Positions 20,004 through 30,324 of a DNA stretch of 64,000 nucleotides are shown piece by piece (within the stretch, counting starts at the first letter, position 1; the number at the start of each line of letters is the position of its first letter). The DNA comes from an uncultured Eubacterium sp. Its GTDB lineage: Bacteria > Bacillota > Clostridia > Lachnospirales > Lachnospiraceae. A model generated the notes under the pieces. It was not told the origin of the DNA and did not search any database. It worked only from the letters and a program-made list of their open reading frames with translations. The DNA is taken from positions 27,988 through 91,987 of the forward strand of contig CAJFUA010000076.1 in the NCBI GenBank assembly GCA_904420085.1, read 5' to 3'. Position numbers and translations under genes: made by a program.

Positions 20004-20747
20004 CTATTCTATTGAGTCTATGTATATATCGCCAAAAGTTTCATCCTGGCGTACCTCAATCTCTCCTACTTTTATTAATTCCAGTATGGCAAGAAATGAT
20101 ACAATCACTTCCACTTTGCTTTTGGATTCCTGAAGCAATTGTTTAAAACTGCATTTTTTTTTCTTCTTAATCGTAGTGGAAACAAATTCTATTTTTTCCG
20201 GGAGACTGACTTCCTCCATCTCTATTTTACCAAACTTACTTCGCACCGGATCAATCTTATCTACCTGTCTTTTCAAAACCATCTGAAAAATTTCATTTAA
20301 CTTTGACAAATCCACTCCGGACAACAACTGGTCCAAATCTACCGGCTGCTCATATTTACGGACTTCCTCCGGCACCGTAGGGTCTTTGTACATGGATTTT
20401 CCTGCGTACACCTGCATATCCCGAAGTTCAGTGGCTGCATATTTGTACATCTTGTACTCTATCAGTTTTTCTACCAGTTCTGCCCTCGGATCAATTTCTT
20501 CGCCATTTTCGTCGATTTCTTTTGGCAGAAGCATTCTGCTCTTAATATCAATCAAAGTGGCGGCCATCACCAGAAATTCACTGGCAAGGTCCAAATCATC
20601 TTTCGGCATTTTGCTCACATAATCCAAATACTGCTCTGTGATTTCCACAATGGGAATATCATAGATATCCACTTTGTTTTTTTCGATTAAATGCAGCAAC
20701 AGATCCAATGGTCCTTCAAATGCCTGCAATTTTACTTCCAATTCCAT
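20004..20747 (-). CDS. scpA: Segregation and condensation protein A
   Basis: FEGPLDLLLHLI, FLVMAATL, SFLAILEL; start moved to MELEVKL. Confidence 0.95.
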   Translation of the reverse strand: MELEVKLQAFEGPLDLLLHLIEKNKVDIYDIPIVEITEQYLDYVSKMPKDDLDLASEFLVMAATLIDIKSRMLLPKEIDENGEEIDPRAELVEKLIEYKMYKYAATELRDMQVYAGKSMYKDPTVPEEVRKYEQPVDLDQLLSGVDLSKLNEIFQMVLKRQVDKIDPVRSKFGKIEMEEVSLPEKIEFVSTTIKKKKKCSFKQLLQESKSKVEVIVSFLAILELIKVGEIEVRQDETFGDIYIDSIE

Positions 20748-20871
20748 TTTTTTACTCCATTTTTTATCCTGACAATTCATTATACATAAAAAAACAAATT
20801 TTCTCAACACAATTCAATGAAGTAAATCTTCAGTAAAATTCAGGATGCCAATGCGCTGTGAATTTATCTGA

Positions 20872-22038
20872 CTATGCGATTTGCAAAAATAAGCGGAACA
20901 TTTTTCCCAATGTATACAAATAATCTGCCTTTTTCACAGCCTCTCCGGCCTCCAGAAAATTTTCTCCAATTACTTTGCCGTCTAACGTGTATTCCACTTT
21001 TCCTACCACATCTCCTTTTTTGATTGGTGCGGCAATATTTTCTTTCATAATTACTTCTCTTTTGATTTTATCCAAATCGCTTCCTTTTGTGTCCACATAA
21101 GAAAATCCCCGATATCTCATCTTTATTTTTTCTTTTTCTCCGCCGCTTACCGGAATATATTTTTTATAATCAGTCTCATCTTTGTACACTTTACAGTTGG
21201 AAAATCCATAATTAATCAGACTTTCTGCCAGCGCAAATCTGCTTTTATAATCCGGAGCCGCCATAATTACGGCAATTAATTCCACCCCGTCCTTTTCTGC
21301 CACAGTCGATACACAGTATTTTGCCTTCGACGTACTTCCCGTTTTTAACCCTTTCACATATTGATTTGTCTTTAATAATTTATTTGTGTTAGACAGCATA
21401 AACTCACTTTCCCCCTGAGCCGTCTTATGGATAAAAGGTTCCATCCAGATAGTTGAGTATTGGAATACCTCCGGGTATTTTGTAATCAGTTCCCGGGACA
21501 TGATTGCCACATCTTTTGCCGTAGTATAATGATTATCTGAATCCGTCAGTCCGCAGCAATCCTCAAAATGAGTATTTACCATTCCCAGTCCTTTTGCCCG
21601 TTCATTCATCTGTTTTACAAATTCTTCTTCCGAGCCGTAAATATGCTCTGCCATTGTGACAGAGGCATCATTTCCTGATGCAATGATAATACATTTAATC
21701 AGTGTCTCCACACTCTGCTGTTCCCCCTCTTCCAGAAACACCTGGGAACCACCCATACTTTTGGCATAAGCACTGGTAGTTGCCATGTCAGTTAATCTCA
21801 CTTTGCCACTATGTATTGCATCAAAAATCAAAATCATCGTCATGATTTTCGTAATGCTGGCAGGACTTAGTCTTTCGTTTTCGTTCTCTGCTTTGATAAT
21901 TGTACCGGAAGAAGCCTCCATTAATACGGAAGACTTTGCTTTTACTGTCTGACTTTTCTGTTCGGCGTTTTCTTCTGCATAGATATTCACACTAAACAGC
22001 ATGGATATACTCAGAATGAATGCAACTATTTTTTTCAT
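20872..22038 (-). CDS. dacF: D-alanyl-D-alanine carboxypeptidase (DacF-like)
   Basis: PASITK, MGGSQVFLEEGE, SGND, NTNKLL, KTG. Confidence 0.85.
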   Translation of the reverse strand: MKKIVAFILSISMLFSVNIYAEENAEQKSQTVKAKSSVLMEASSGTIIKAENENERLSPASITKIMTMILIFDAIHSGKVRLTDMATTSAYAKSMGGSQVFLEEGEQQSVETLIKCIIIASGNDASVTMAEHIYGSEEEFVKQMNERAKGLGMVNTHFEDCCGLTDSDNHYTTAKDVAIMSRELITKYPEVFQYSTIWMEPFIHKTAQGESEFMLSNTNKLLKTNQYVKGLKTGSTSKAKYCVSTVAEKDGVELIAVIMAAPDYKSRFALAESLINYGFSNCKVYKDETDYKKYIPVSGGEKEKIKMRYRGFSYVDTKGSDLDKIKREVIMKENIAAPIKKGDVVGKVEYTLDGKVIGENFLEAGEAVKKADYLYTLGKMFRLFLQIA

Positions 22039-22093
22039 AATAAAACTCCATTACATCTTTAATATATTGTAATGGAGTTTAAAATTATATATG

Positions 22094-24223
22094 CTATTTT
22101 TTGTTATTTTTCTTTTTGCCTTTTGTATTATTCTTTGATGTCTGAGGCAAAAGTTCGTCATCCGCAAAACTGTAAGGCTCTGTCTTCGTAAGCACATGGT
22201 CATCTGAATTCTGCTGATAAACAGAAATCTTATCACCTGCTTTCAGTTCCGGATAAATTATTTTTAATGTGGATGGGTCTACATATTCCGTCTTCTGCTT
22301 TTCTCCATTAATGTACACCCTGCTGTAAGTCGTAAAGTGACTTCCGTATAAATAAACCGTTCCTTCTTCATCGTATAATGGTGTGACAGAACTTAATTTC
22401 ACTTCTTCCAGACCAAGCTGTATGTCTGTAGGTTTATAAGGATTTTCACCGTTGGTGGCATATTTATCTCCATAAAGGAAATCATAAGCCAGATTTTTCA
22501 GTCCATCATCGTAGCTTTCCTGATCCTCTCCTTTATGTTCCTGGGTGTATTTGTTAATACTTCCCGCATTCATATTTAGTCCGCCCAAAACCTTTGACTG
22601 TAACTGATATGCCTCCAAATCCTCATCCGTATAGTAATCATTTTCAAAATTAGACCAGATTACATACTGTGTCTGATAAACATCACCGTTTACCAAATCT
22701 TCGCCGCTCAATCCGAAACTCGGCAGATGGTCACCGTACATGACCAGTATCGTATCCTCATCCAATTTTTTCAGGGCATTGGTCAGTTTCTTAATAAATT
22801 TATCCATCTCGTAAGTCTGCATGGCATAGTATTGATATTGATTGATTACATCCTCGTCCAAATCGCCTTTGATGGTCACCGGATAGTCATAATCTCCGTC
22901 AGTAGGATAACTGCCGTGTCCCTGAACAGAAATTGCATAGACAAAATCCTGCTTTTTGGTAGACTTTAATGCTTTTAAAATATATTCCGTCAGATAATAA
23001 TCTTTCGCCCAGCCCATAGGAGTAAAATCTTCTATATACATGTTTTCTATGGTTGTAAAGGTATCATATCCCAAATTCGAAAATACTTCATTACGCCCGT
23101 AAAAAGTAGCTGTATTGTTGTGAATTGCGTGACAGTTGTATCCGTATTCTTTCAAGTTAAAGCAAATACTTTCACAAGTGGTGTCCAGCAGTTTTGTTTT
23201 AAAAGGATACTCGCCCGGTCCGAAATAATCTAAATTAATACCGGTCATTACCTCAAATTCCGTGTTGACGGTTCCTGCACCTACAATCGGCACATTCAAA
23301 TATCCACTAGGGTATTTTTCCATCAGTTTTTCAAAATTCGGCACCGGATTTTTTGACATTTTTATTCCTTTTAAATTATTTAAATCAAAAAATGACTCCA
23401 ACTGCAGAAAGATGATGTTTGGTTTCTTCTTTGCTTTGCTGATTGTATTTTCATCTGTCTTCTCCACAATTTTTTCCACTGTTTCTCCGGAATAACTGTT
23501 CGGCTTCTGGATACCTGTGTTTATCAGGCTGTTTGTAAAACAATATACAAAACCGTAATCATAATAGGAAACCCGCAATTCTCCAAACTTCATGGACATT
23601 AATTCTGAACCCACGCCCAGATTGATGGATCCCAGTCCTATCACCCATATGATGGCAATGGCAATAATATTTCTCGGATATTTTATTTTATGCTGGACTA
23701 AAGGTGCTTTAAAAAACAACAGAACAAGTAATGCAACCGCTATGGTCAGTCCTAGGACAACAAAGACAATCTGAAATAAATTGAAATACTTTGTTACCAC
23801 TCCGAAGGCACTGTCCACCAGCATTAAATCTGTGGCTGTAAACGGAGTCACCCTGTTTGATAACAGTATGGAATTTGTAACACCTGCCAGCAGCCAGATG
23901 ACCGAAATCAGACTCAGTCCCCAAAACCGTCGGCGCATTAACAGTGTAACGGACAAAGTCATTAAAATAATGATGGAATTACACAGAAATACATAAGGGG
24001 AACTTATCAGAAAATAGATACCTTCTATAAAAGAACCTCTTGCCATCATCTCAATAATCAGATTAATCAAAAGAGCCGTGGTAACATACAGATAAATAAT
24101 ATGTTTATTATATGTCTGTTTAAAAAATGCCCGGATAATCTGATATCTTGATTTTACTGCCTTTTTTAGATTCAAAAACTTTAATTTCAGTTTTTTATAT
24201 AACCTTTTCAACTTTTCTTTCAT
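22094..24223 (-). CDS. LTA synthase family (LtaS-like) membrane phosphotransferase with C-terminal Ig/IPT-like domain
   Basis: Multi-TM N-terminus, PNIIFLQLES, GTVNTEFE (catalytic Thr), QGHG, YGDHLP; start MKEKLK behind GGAGG. Confidence 0.88.
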   Translation of the reverse strand: MKEKLKRLYKKLKLKFLNLKKAVKSRYQIIRAFFKQTYNKHIIYLYVTTALLINLIIEMMARGSFIEGIYFLISSPYVFLCNSIIILMTLSVTLLMRRRFWGLSLISVIWLLAGVTNSILLSNRVTPFTATDLMLVDSAFGVVTKYFNLFQIVFVVLGLTIAVALLVLLFFKAPLVQHKIKYPRNIIAIAIIWVIGLGSINLGVGSELMSMKFGELRVSYYDYGFVYCFTNSLINTGIQKPNSYSGETVEKIVEKTDENTISKAKKKPNIIFLQLESFFDLNNLKGIKMSKNPVPNFEKLMEKYPSGYLNVPIVGAGTVNTEFEVMTGINLDYFGPGEYPFKTKLLDTTCESICFNLKEYGYNCHAIHNNTATFYGRNEVFSNLGYDTFTTIENMYIEDFTPMGWAKDYYLTEYILKALKSTKKQDFVYAISVQGHGSYPTDGDYDYPVTIKGDLDEDVINQYQYYAMQTYEMDKFIKKLTNALKKLDEDTILVMYGDHLPSFGLSGEDLVNGDVYQTQYVIWSNFENDYYTDEDLEAYQLQSKVLGGLNMNAGSINKYTQEHKGEDQESYDDGLKNLAYDFLYGDKYATNGENPYKPTDIQLGLEEVKLSSVTPLYDEEGTVYLYGSHFTTYSRVYINGEKQKTEYVDPSTLKIIYPELKAGDKISVYQQNSDDHVLTKTEPYSFADDELLPQTSKNNTKGKKKNNKK

Positions 24224-24427
24224 TTCTTCCTCCCGACAGGCTTTGATAAGACCTATGCCGGTCATCTTTCCTGTCTCTTCACAATGATACACGAATTTGA
24301 TTTTTTTTCAAGTATCCGATATATTATCTGTAGTCTGTCAAGAAATTAGATTATAATTACTATATACCTATTTTTTGAAAATTATATGAACTTTGTTATT
24401 GTTTTGATATTTTCACGCTTTAAACTG

Positions 24428-24455
24428 TTGAATTATTGCTTTTTTGTGATATACT
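24428..24455 (+). promoter_or_regulatory. Sigma-A promoter for aroF (extended -10)
   Basis: TTGAAT-16 bp-TATACT with TG one base upstream of the -10. Confidence 0.5.
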
Positions 24456-24508
24456 TTAGTTTAGCATAAAATCATGCGATTTATTGATAGATTTAGGAGG
24501 ACAACATT

Positions 24509-25537
24509 ATGGGAAGTACATTTTTTAGAAAATTACCGACACCTTTGGAAATTAAAACCATGTATCCGGTCCCGGAGGCTGTTACCGCTCAAAAAGAAAT
24601 TAATGATAAAGCAATCCGAGATATTTTTACAGGCAAAAGTGATAAATTTGCAGTAATTATCGGACCATGCTCTGCAGACAATGAAGATGCCGTTCTGGAT
24701 TACGTTCACAGACTGGCAAAGGTTCAGGAACAGGTAAAAGATAAATTATTTATTATTCCGAGAGTATATACAAACAAGCCCCGTACAACAGGTAAGGGAT
24801 ATAAGGGAATGCTGCATCAGCCTGATCCGGAAAAGAAACCGGATTTATTGCAGGGACTGATTACCATCCGTCAGATGTTTATTCGCATTATGGAAGAAAC
24901 CGGACTGCCGATTGCTGATGAGATGCTCTATCCGGAAAATGCCAGATATTTTGTGGACTGTCTGTCCTATGTGGCTATTGGTGCCCGCTCCGTGGAAAAT
25001 CAGCAGCATCGTCTCACTTCTAGCGGACTGGATATTCCTGTGGGAATGAAAAATCCTACCAGCGGGGATCTCTCCATCATGCTTAATTCTATTGAAGCCG
25101 CCCAGGCATCCCACTCCTTCCTTTATAGAGGATGGGACATTCAGACAGACGGAAACGAACTGGCACATGCCATTCTGCGTGGTGCTGTTAATCAGTATGG
25201 TTCATGCATACCGAACTACCACTATGAAGACATGGTAAACCTGTACGATTTATATATGAAAAAGGGCTTTGCAAACCCTGCACTGGTAGTCGACTGTAAT
25301 CATTCCAATTCCAACAAACAATATATGGAGCAGATTCGTATTGCCAAAGAAATTATGCACAATCGTAAACATTCTCAGGATTTAAAAGGATTTGTGAAAG
25401 GTTTAATGATTGAAAGCTACATTGAAGGCGGAAATCAGCCGGTAGACGGTCATTGTTACGGAAAATCCATTACCGATCCTTGTCTTGGCTGGGATGATAC
25501 GGAGAAACTGCTGTTTACAATTGCAGAAGAGGTTTGA
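24509..25537 (+). CDS. aroF: DAHP synthase (class I-alpha)
   Basis: IGPCS, KPRTTGKGYKG, AIGARS, GMKN, ILRG, VDCNHSNS, GLMIES, YGKSITDPC. Confidence 0.93.
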   Translation: MGSTFFRKLPTPLEIKTMYPVPEAVTAQKEINDKAIRDIFTGKSDKFAVIIGPCSADNEDAVLDYVHRLAKVQEQVKDKLFIIPRVYTNKPRTTGKGYKGMLHQPDPEKKPDLLQGLITIRQMFIRIMEETGLPIADEMLYPENARYFVDCLSYVAIGARSVENQQHRLTSSGLDIPVGMKNPTSGDLSIMLNSIEAAQASHSFLYRGWDIQTDGNELAHAILRGAVNQYGSCIPNYHYEDMVNLYDLYMKKGFANPALVVDCNHSNSNKQYMEQIRIAKEIMHNRKHSQDLKGFVKGLMIESYIEGGNQPVDGHCYGKSITDPCLGWDDTEKLLFTIAEEV

Positions 25538-25540
25538 TAA

Positions 25541-25627
25541 TATGATATAGGAAATTCTTCTGAATTTCCTATATCATAAAAAGAAACCTGAATAAGATGG
25601 ATATCCATTTTATTCAGGTTTCTTTTT
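25541..25627. terminator. Two back-to-back long hairpins between convergent aroF and xerD
   Basis: 17-bp perfect IR 25541-25578 followed immediately by a ~23-bp IR 25578-25627 with A/T flanks. Confidence 0.8.
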
Positions 25628-25657
25628 ACTTTATATGAAACAGGTCATAACCCTGTT

Positions 25658-26548
25658 TTACGCTTTAGGATGTGCTTTCTCGTAAGCTTCCCGGATACGT
25701 TTATTTCCCGGCGTCATATATATCTGCGTCGTAGAAATATCAGAATGTCCAAGCATTTCCTGAACGGATTTCAAATCTGCTCCGTTTTCAACCAAATGAG
25801 AAGCAAAAGAATGTCTCAATGTATGGGGCGTCAGTTCCGACTTGATTCCGGCTTTTTTGCCATATGCTTTAATCAGTTTCCAGAACCCCTGCCTGCTCAT
25901 CTCTCCACCGGAACAGTTCGGGTACAAAACATGGCTGTTCTTTTTCTCTCCCAGCAAATACTCTCTTCCATTTTCTAAATATTCAATCAGTGCCTTTTTT
26001 GCCTCGGAACCAAACGGAATTACCCTGTCCTTTTTTCTGTCATGACAGATAATATATTCCAATTTTATGTTAACGTCATCTGTTTTTAACGTAATCAGTT
26101 CCGTAACCCTCATTCCGGTAGCATACAGCAGCTCTAACATGGATTTGTCGCGTAACTCTTTTGGTGTATTTTTTGACGGCTGTTTCAGCAATGCGTCGAT
26201 TTCTCTGACAGTCAGTGTGTCCGGTGTTTTCTTTACTATTTTGGGTGATTTTAAAGTAGCGGCAGGGTTAGTATCAATCACATTTTTTTTGCAGAAATAC
26301 CCAAAAAAAGCCTTCATAGAGGCTATACTTCTGGAAATAGTCGTTGGTGCTCTTCCAATTTCCCTTAAATGTGAAACATACGCTTCCAGATTTTCTTTAG
26401 AAACAGATGTTATGTCTACTTTAGAATCTTTTGTAATTAAATAATCGTAAAGTTTGTTTAAATCTCTTTTGTATGAAATTTCCGTATTGCTTGAAGTATT
26501 CTTTTCCTTATGTAATTGTAAAATGAATTCTTCAATTAATCTCTGCAT
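25658..26548 (-). CDS. xerD: Site-specific tyrosine recombinase XerD
   Basis: LYATGMRVTE, MSRQGFWK, HTLRHSFASH, QEMLGHSDISTTQIY; canonical nudF-spoIIM-xerD position. Confidence 0.92.
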   Translation of the reverse strand: MQRLIEEFILQLHKEKNTSSNTEISYKRDLNKLYDYLITKDSKVDITSVSKENLEAYVSHLREIGRAPTTISRSIASMKAFFGYFCKKNVIDTNPAATLKSPKIVKKTPDTLTVREIDALLKQPSKNTPKELRDKSMLELLYATGMRVTELITLKTDDVNIKLEYIICHDRKKDRVIPFGSEAKKALIEYLENGREYLLGEKKNSHVLYPNCSGGEMSRQGFWKLIKAYGKKAGIKSELTPHTLRHSFASHLVENGADLKSVQEMLGHSDISTTQIYMTPGNKRIREAYEKAHPKA

Positions 26549-26588
26549 TTTTTCCTCGCTAAACTCTTTATATAGAGTGATAAATCTT

Positions 26589-26617
26589 ATTATATAAGTG
26601 TTTCGACAGAAAATCAA
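26589..26617 (-). promoter_or_regulatory. Sigma-A promoter of xerD with a perfect Spo0A box (TGTCGAA, 26602-26608) in the spacer
   Basis: Minus strand TTGATT-ttcTGTCGAAacactta(17)-TATAAT. Confidence 0.55.
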
Positions 26618-26721
26618 ACATATTTTTTCACATAGTTTTGATATAAAAACAGGGTTACATAAAAATTATACTATATGTATTATTAACATATTTTTTCATA
26701 CACAATATCTTGTAATTTATA

Positions 26722-27177
26722 TTATAAAAAATAAATCAAGAAAATTTCTGCCAAAATTCCTAAAACCAATATCATAAAAGCAAATATTTTATTGAGTACC
26801 GGTTTTTCATTTTTCATAAAAAAGTAAATAAGTACTATCTTCAATAATGACTCAATCACACTGCCAGAATGCATCATATTATGTAATCTTATGAGGATAA
26901 CGATACTTCCTGCCAATTGAAACGATTCTATGCCTAGCACAACTGCATATAATTTTTCTCTGATTTTAAAAAAAGAAATGAGCAAGATACAGATATAAAA
27001 CCTCATCATCCGCATAACCAGATACACATAGGTATTCCAAAAGTCGATATGTTCAATGCTTTCAATTTGTGAAAAAGAAAAATCCATGGAGATCATATTA
27101 TATACAATCGTTCCCAGAACGATGCCAATCATTACTCCATAGATTTTATAGTTTGTCCATAATGTTTTAAAATTCAT
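26722..27177 (-). CDS. Hydrophobic membrane protein at the spoIIM position (possible divergent SpoIIM)
   Basis: 151 aa, about 5 hydrophobic segments, IGIVLGTI N-terminus; lies between nudF and xerD. Confidence 0.5.
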   Translation of the reverse strand: MNFKTLWTNYKIYGVMIGIVLGTIVYNMISMDFSFSQIESIEHIDFWNTYVYLVMRMMRFYICILLISFFKIREKLYAVVLGIESFQLAGSIVILIRLHNMMHSGSVIESLLKIVLIYFFMKNEKPVLNKIFAFMILVLGILAEIFLIYFL

Positions 27178-27208
27178 AACTTCTCCACAACACTGTTTTT
27201 ATAATATA

Positions 27209-27748
27209 TTATTTAAAACAATATTTATGATAGTAAGTTAAGATGGACGCGATTGTTTTTGAATCATTAATTACATTATTTACAATCATGTCGATAAGTG
27301 TATTTATATCAAATAACTCCAAATCAATGTCTTCATCCGGATCGAGATGTTGTTCTGTCTTTTTCAAATCAAAAGCCACGAAAACGTCAATTTTTTCCCC
27401 TGAATATGCAACCGCCGGTACAATCGTCTGTAAAAATTCAATATTTTCAGATTTATAACCGGTTTCCTCTTCCAACTCTCTTGCCGCACACTGTATGGTA
27501 GGTTCGTCTGCCCAGTCCCTGCCTCCTGCCGGAATTTCCAAGGTGAACTTATCAATGGCATTTCTCCACTGTCTTACCATGATAATACGTCCGTCGTCCA
27601 TGACCGGAATCACTGCCGCCGCACCTTTATGCTCCAGATAATCCCATGTCACACGATTTCCTTTTGGCGTAACAATTTCATCTTCACAAAACTGTAAAAT
27701 AGCGCCTTCATAAACTGTTTTCCGATGAATTCTTTTAAATTCTTTCAT
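27209..27748 (-). CDS. nudF: ADP-ribose pyrophosphatase (NUDIX)
   Basis: LEIPAGG...ARELEEETG Nudix box, DPDEDI, DSKT. Confidence 0.92.
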   Translation of the reverse strand: MKEFKRIHRKTVYEGAILQFCEDEIVTPKGNRVTWDYLEHKGAAAVIPVMDDGRIIMVRQWRNAIDKFTLEIPAGGRDWADEPTIQCAARELEEETGYKSENIEFLQTIVPAVAYSGEKIDVFVAFDLKKTEQHLDPDEDIDLELFDINTLIDMIVNNVINDSKTIASILTYYHKYCFK

Positions 27749-27760
27749 TGCTTCTCCCTA

Positions 27761-28555
27761 TTATTTTATTCCTTTACACTTGTGAAAACATGCATCCGTT
27801 GCCGCAAATATGGATTTTCTGAACCCATTCTTTTCTAACTCTTCTACGGCAGTTATGGTTGTACCACCCGGTGAACATACCATGTCCTTTAATTCTCCCG
27901 GATGCTTATTTGTCTCCAGCATCAGTTTTGCTGAACCAAGAACAGTTTGCGCAACATACTGGTATGCATCCTCTCTTTTCATTCCACATTTCACAACACT
28001 GTCTGCAAGCGCTTCCATAAACATGAACACATATGCCGGTGAACTGCCGCTGGCACAAACCACTGCATCCAACATCTTTTCTTCTACTACGCTCATTTTC
28101 CCAATGGAAGAAAATATCTTTTCTATGACTTCACACTCTTCCTGCGTAAAATTTTCCTTATGATAACTCACACCGGTCATCCCTTCTCCAACCATTGCCG
28201 GTGTGTTTGGCATGGTTCGCACAATTCTCTTTGTACCACACATTTCCTCCAATTCAGCAATGGTAACGCCCGGTGCCAGAGAAATAACCACATTCTCCGG
28301 TGTAATACTTTCTTTTAGTTCCGGTAAAATCTTTTCGAACATCTGTGGTTTAACCGCTAAAATAATATATTTTGCCTCCGCCGTGACCTCCTGATTGGAT
28401 AATTTATATGAGATTCCCTCTGCATCAGCTATTTGCTTCATTTTTTCCATCGTATTACTATGAAATATAATGTCTTCTTTTGCAAAAGCTTTTTGGGTTC
28501 CTTTTAAAACGGCATATCCCATATTCCCCATTCCGATAAATCCTAATGCTGCCAT
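27761..28555 (-). CDS. proC: Pyrroline-5-carboxylate reductase
   Basis: GFIGMGNMG, LAVKPQ, RTMPNTP, SGSSPAY, VCSPGGTT. Confidence 0.96.
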   Translation of the reverse strand: MAALGFIGMGNMGYAVLKGTQKAFAKEDIIFHSNTMEKMKQIADAEGISYKLSNQEVTAEAKYIILAVKPQMFEKILPELKESITPENVVISLAPGVTIAELEEMCGTKRIVRTMPNTPAMVGEGMTGVSYHKENFTQEECEVIEKIFSSIGKMSVVEEKMLDAVVCASGSSPAYVFMFMEALADSVVKCGMKREDAYQYVAQTVLGSAKLMLETNKHPGELKDMVCSPGGTTITAVEELEKNGFRKSIFAATDACFHKCKGIK

Positions 28556-28597
28556 AATGTACCTCCACTTCTTTTCAAGTATAGCATAATAATAGAA

Positions 28598-28628
28598 AAA
28601 GGGAAATGTAATTCACACATTTCCCTTG
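28598..28628 (-). terminator. Intrinsic terminator after rny
   Basis: AAGGGAAATGT-loop-ACATTTCCCTT with T-run on the minus strand. Confidence 0.7.
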
Positions 28629-28641
28629 CATTGTAGATTGT

Positions 28642-30195
28642 TTATTTTGCGTAATCTATCGCTCTTGATTCCCTTACTACGTTTACTTTAATCTGACCCG
28701 GATACTCCAACTCAGTTTCAATCTGTTTGGAAATTTCTCTGGCCATTAATACCATATCGGCATCTGTAACCTTTTCAGGTATCACCATCACTCGAATCTC
28801 TCTTCCTGCCTGAATAGCAAAAGATTTATCCACTCCCTCATATGAGTTTGTAATATCTTCTAACTGTTTTAATCTGTTTGTATATGCTTCTAGTGTTTCA
28901 CGTCTCGCACCCGGTCTGGCTGCCGAAATGGCATCTGCAGCCTGAACAATACATGCAATCAATGTCTCCGGTTCCACATCCCCATGATGTGCCTCTACAG
29001 CGTTGATAACCGTAGCAGACTCTTTATACTTTCTGCATAAGTCGACACCCAGCTGTATATGGGTTCCTTCCATTTCATGGTCAACGGCTTTACCGATATC
29101 ATGCAGCAGTCCGGCTCTCTTAGCAACTCTTACATCTAATCCAAGCTCGGCCGCCAGTAATCCAGATAAATGCGCCACTTCTATGGAATGTTTTAACGCA
29201 TTCTGTCCATAACTTGTCCGAAACTTCATTTTACCAAGAAGTTTGACAAGCTCCGGATGTATTCCATGTACACCGACTTCTAACGTTGCAGACTCACCTT
29301 CCTCGCGAATCATGGTCTCCACTTCTTTCTGTGCCTTATGAACCATTTCCTCGATTCGTGTCGGCTGTATACGTCCGTCAACGATTAATTTTTCAAGGGC
29401 AATACGTGCCACTTCTCTCCTAATAGGATCAAATCCAGATAAAACTACTGCTTCCGGTGTATCATCAATAATCAAATCAACACCTGTAAGCGATTCAAGA
29501 GTTCTGATATTTCTTCCCTCTCTACCAATTATTCGACCTTTCATTTCATCATTAGGTAATGAAACTACTGAAATAGTTGTCTCAGAAACATGGTCTGTCG
29601 CACATTTCTGAATCGCATTAATAACTAATTCTTTTGCTTTTTTATCAGCTTCTTCCTTAGCCTGGGTTTCTAATTCCTTAACTAATTTTGCAGTTTCAAT
29701 TTTAATTTCTTCTTCAACAGTTTTTAATAAATATTCTTTTGCCTGTTCGGAGGTTAATCCAGAGATTCTTTCCAGTTCCTGTACGCGCTGTTCGCTTAAT
29801 TTATCTACTTTTTCTTTTGTCTCAGCTAATTCTTCTTCCTTAGACTTAAGACTGTTTTCTTTCTTATCAAGGGCATCAGCTTTCTTTTCTACTGCCTCTT
29901 CCTTGTTAAGAACACGTTTCTCATATCGCTGTACCTCAGCTCTTCGTTCTTTGATTTCTTTATCAAGCTCATTCTTCGTTTTCAGGTTTTCTTCCTTTGC
30001 TTCCAAAAGAGCTTCTTTTTTCTTTGATTCAGCAGTCTTAATTGCATCATCTATAATATGACGTGCTTTCTCCTCAGCGGAACCAATCTTCTTCTCAACA
30101 ACCCCTTTTCTAATGGCAATTGCAATCAAAGCAGAAATCACGGAACATACTATCGCTATCACAACGCATATGATAATCCAAGTAGTATCACTCAC
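28642..30195 (-). CDS. rny: Ribonuclease Y
   Basis: N-terminal TM, coiled coil, KH ([14 protein letters not shown]), HD (LLHDIGK); GTG start behind AGGAGGT. Confidence 0.98.
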   Translation of the reverse strand: MSDTTWIIICVVIAIVCSVISALIAIAIRKGVVEKKIGSAEEKARHIIDDAIKTAESKKKEALLEAKEENLKTKNELDKEIKERRAEVQRYEKRVLNKEEAVEKKADALDKKENSLKSKEEELAETKEKVDKLSEQRVQELERISGLTSEQAKEYLLKTVEEEIKIETAKLVKELETQAKEEADKKAKELVINAIQKCATDHVSETTISVVSLPNDEMKGRIIGREGRNIRTLESLTGVDLIIDDTPEAVVLSGFDPIRREVARIALEKLIVDGRIQPTRIEEMVHKAQKEVETMIREEGESATLEVGVHGIHPELVKLLGKMKFRTSYGQNALKHSIEVAHLSGLLAAELGLDVRVAKRAGLLHDIGKAVDHEMEGTHIQLGVDLCRKYKESATVINAVEAHHGDVEPETLIACIVQAADAISAARPGARRETLEAYTNRLKQLEDITNSYEGVDKSFAIQAGREIRVMVIPEKVTDADMVLMAREISKQIETELEYPGQIKVNVVRESRAIDYAK

Positions 30196-30241
30196 AGGAG
30201 CACCTCCTTATTAAATTTTCATTGTACAATACAACATATAT

Positions 30242-30270
30242 ATTTTACTTGATTACCATAGTTATGTCAA
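30242..30270 (-). promoter_or_regulatory. Sigma-A promoter for rny
   Basis: TTGACA-17 bp-TAAAAT on the minus strand. Confidence 0.65.
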
Positions 30271-30324
30271 GCAAAGCACATTCGGTTCTATAGAATTTTT
30301 ACAATATATTGTGGGATTTTTCAT

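Noticed and set aside
25658-26548. Tyrosine recombinase as a prophage or ICE integrase
   Set aside because: XerD-specific motifs and canonical nudF-spoIIM-xerD context; no att sites, phage or conjugation genes nearby
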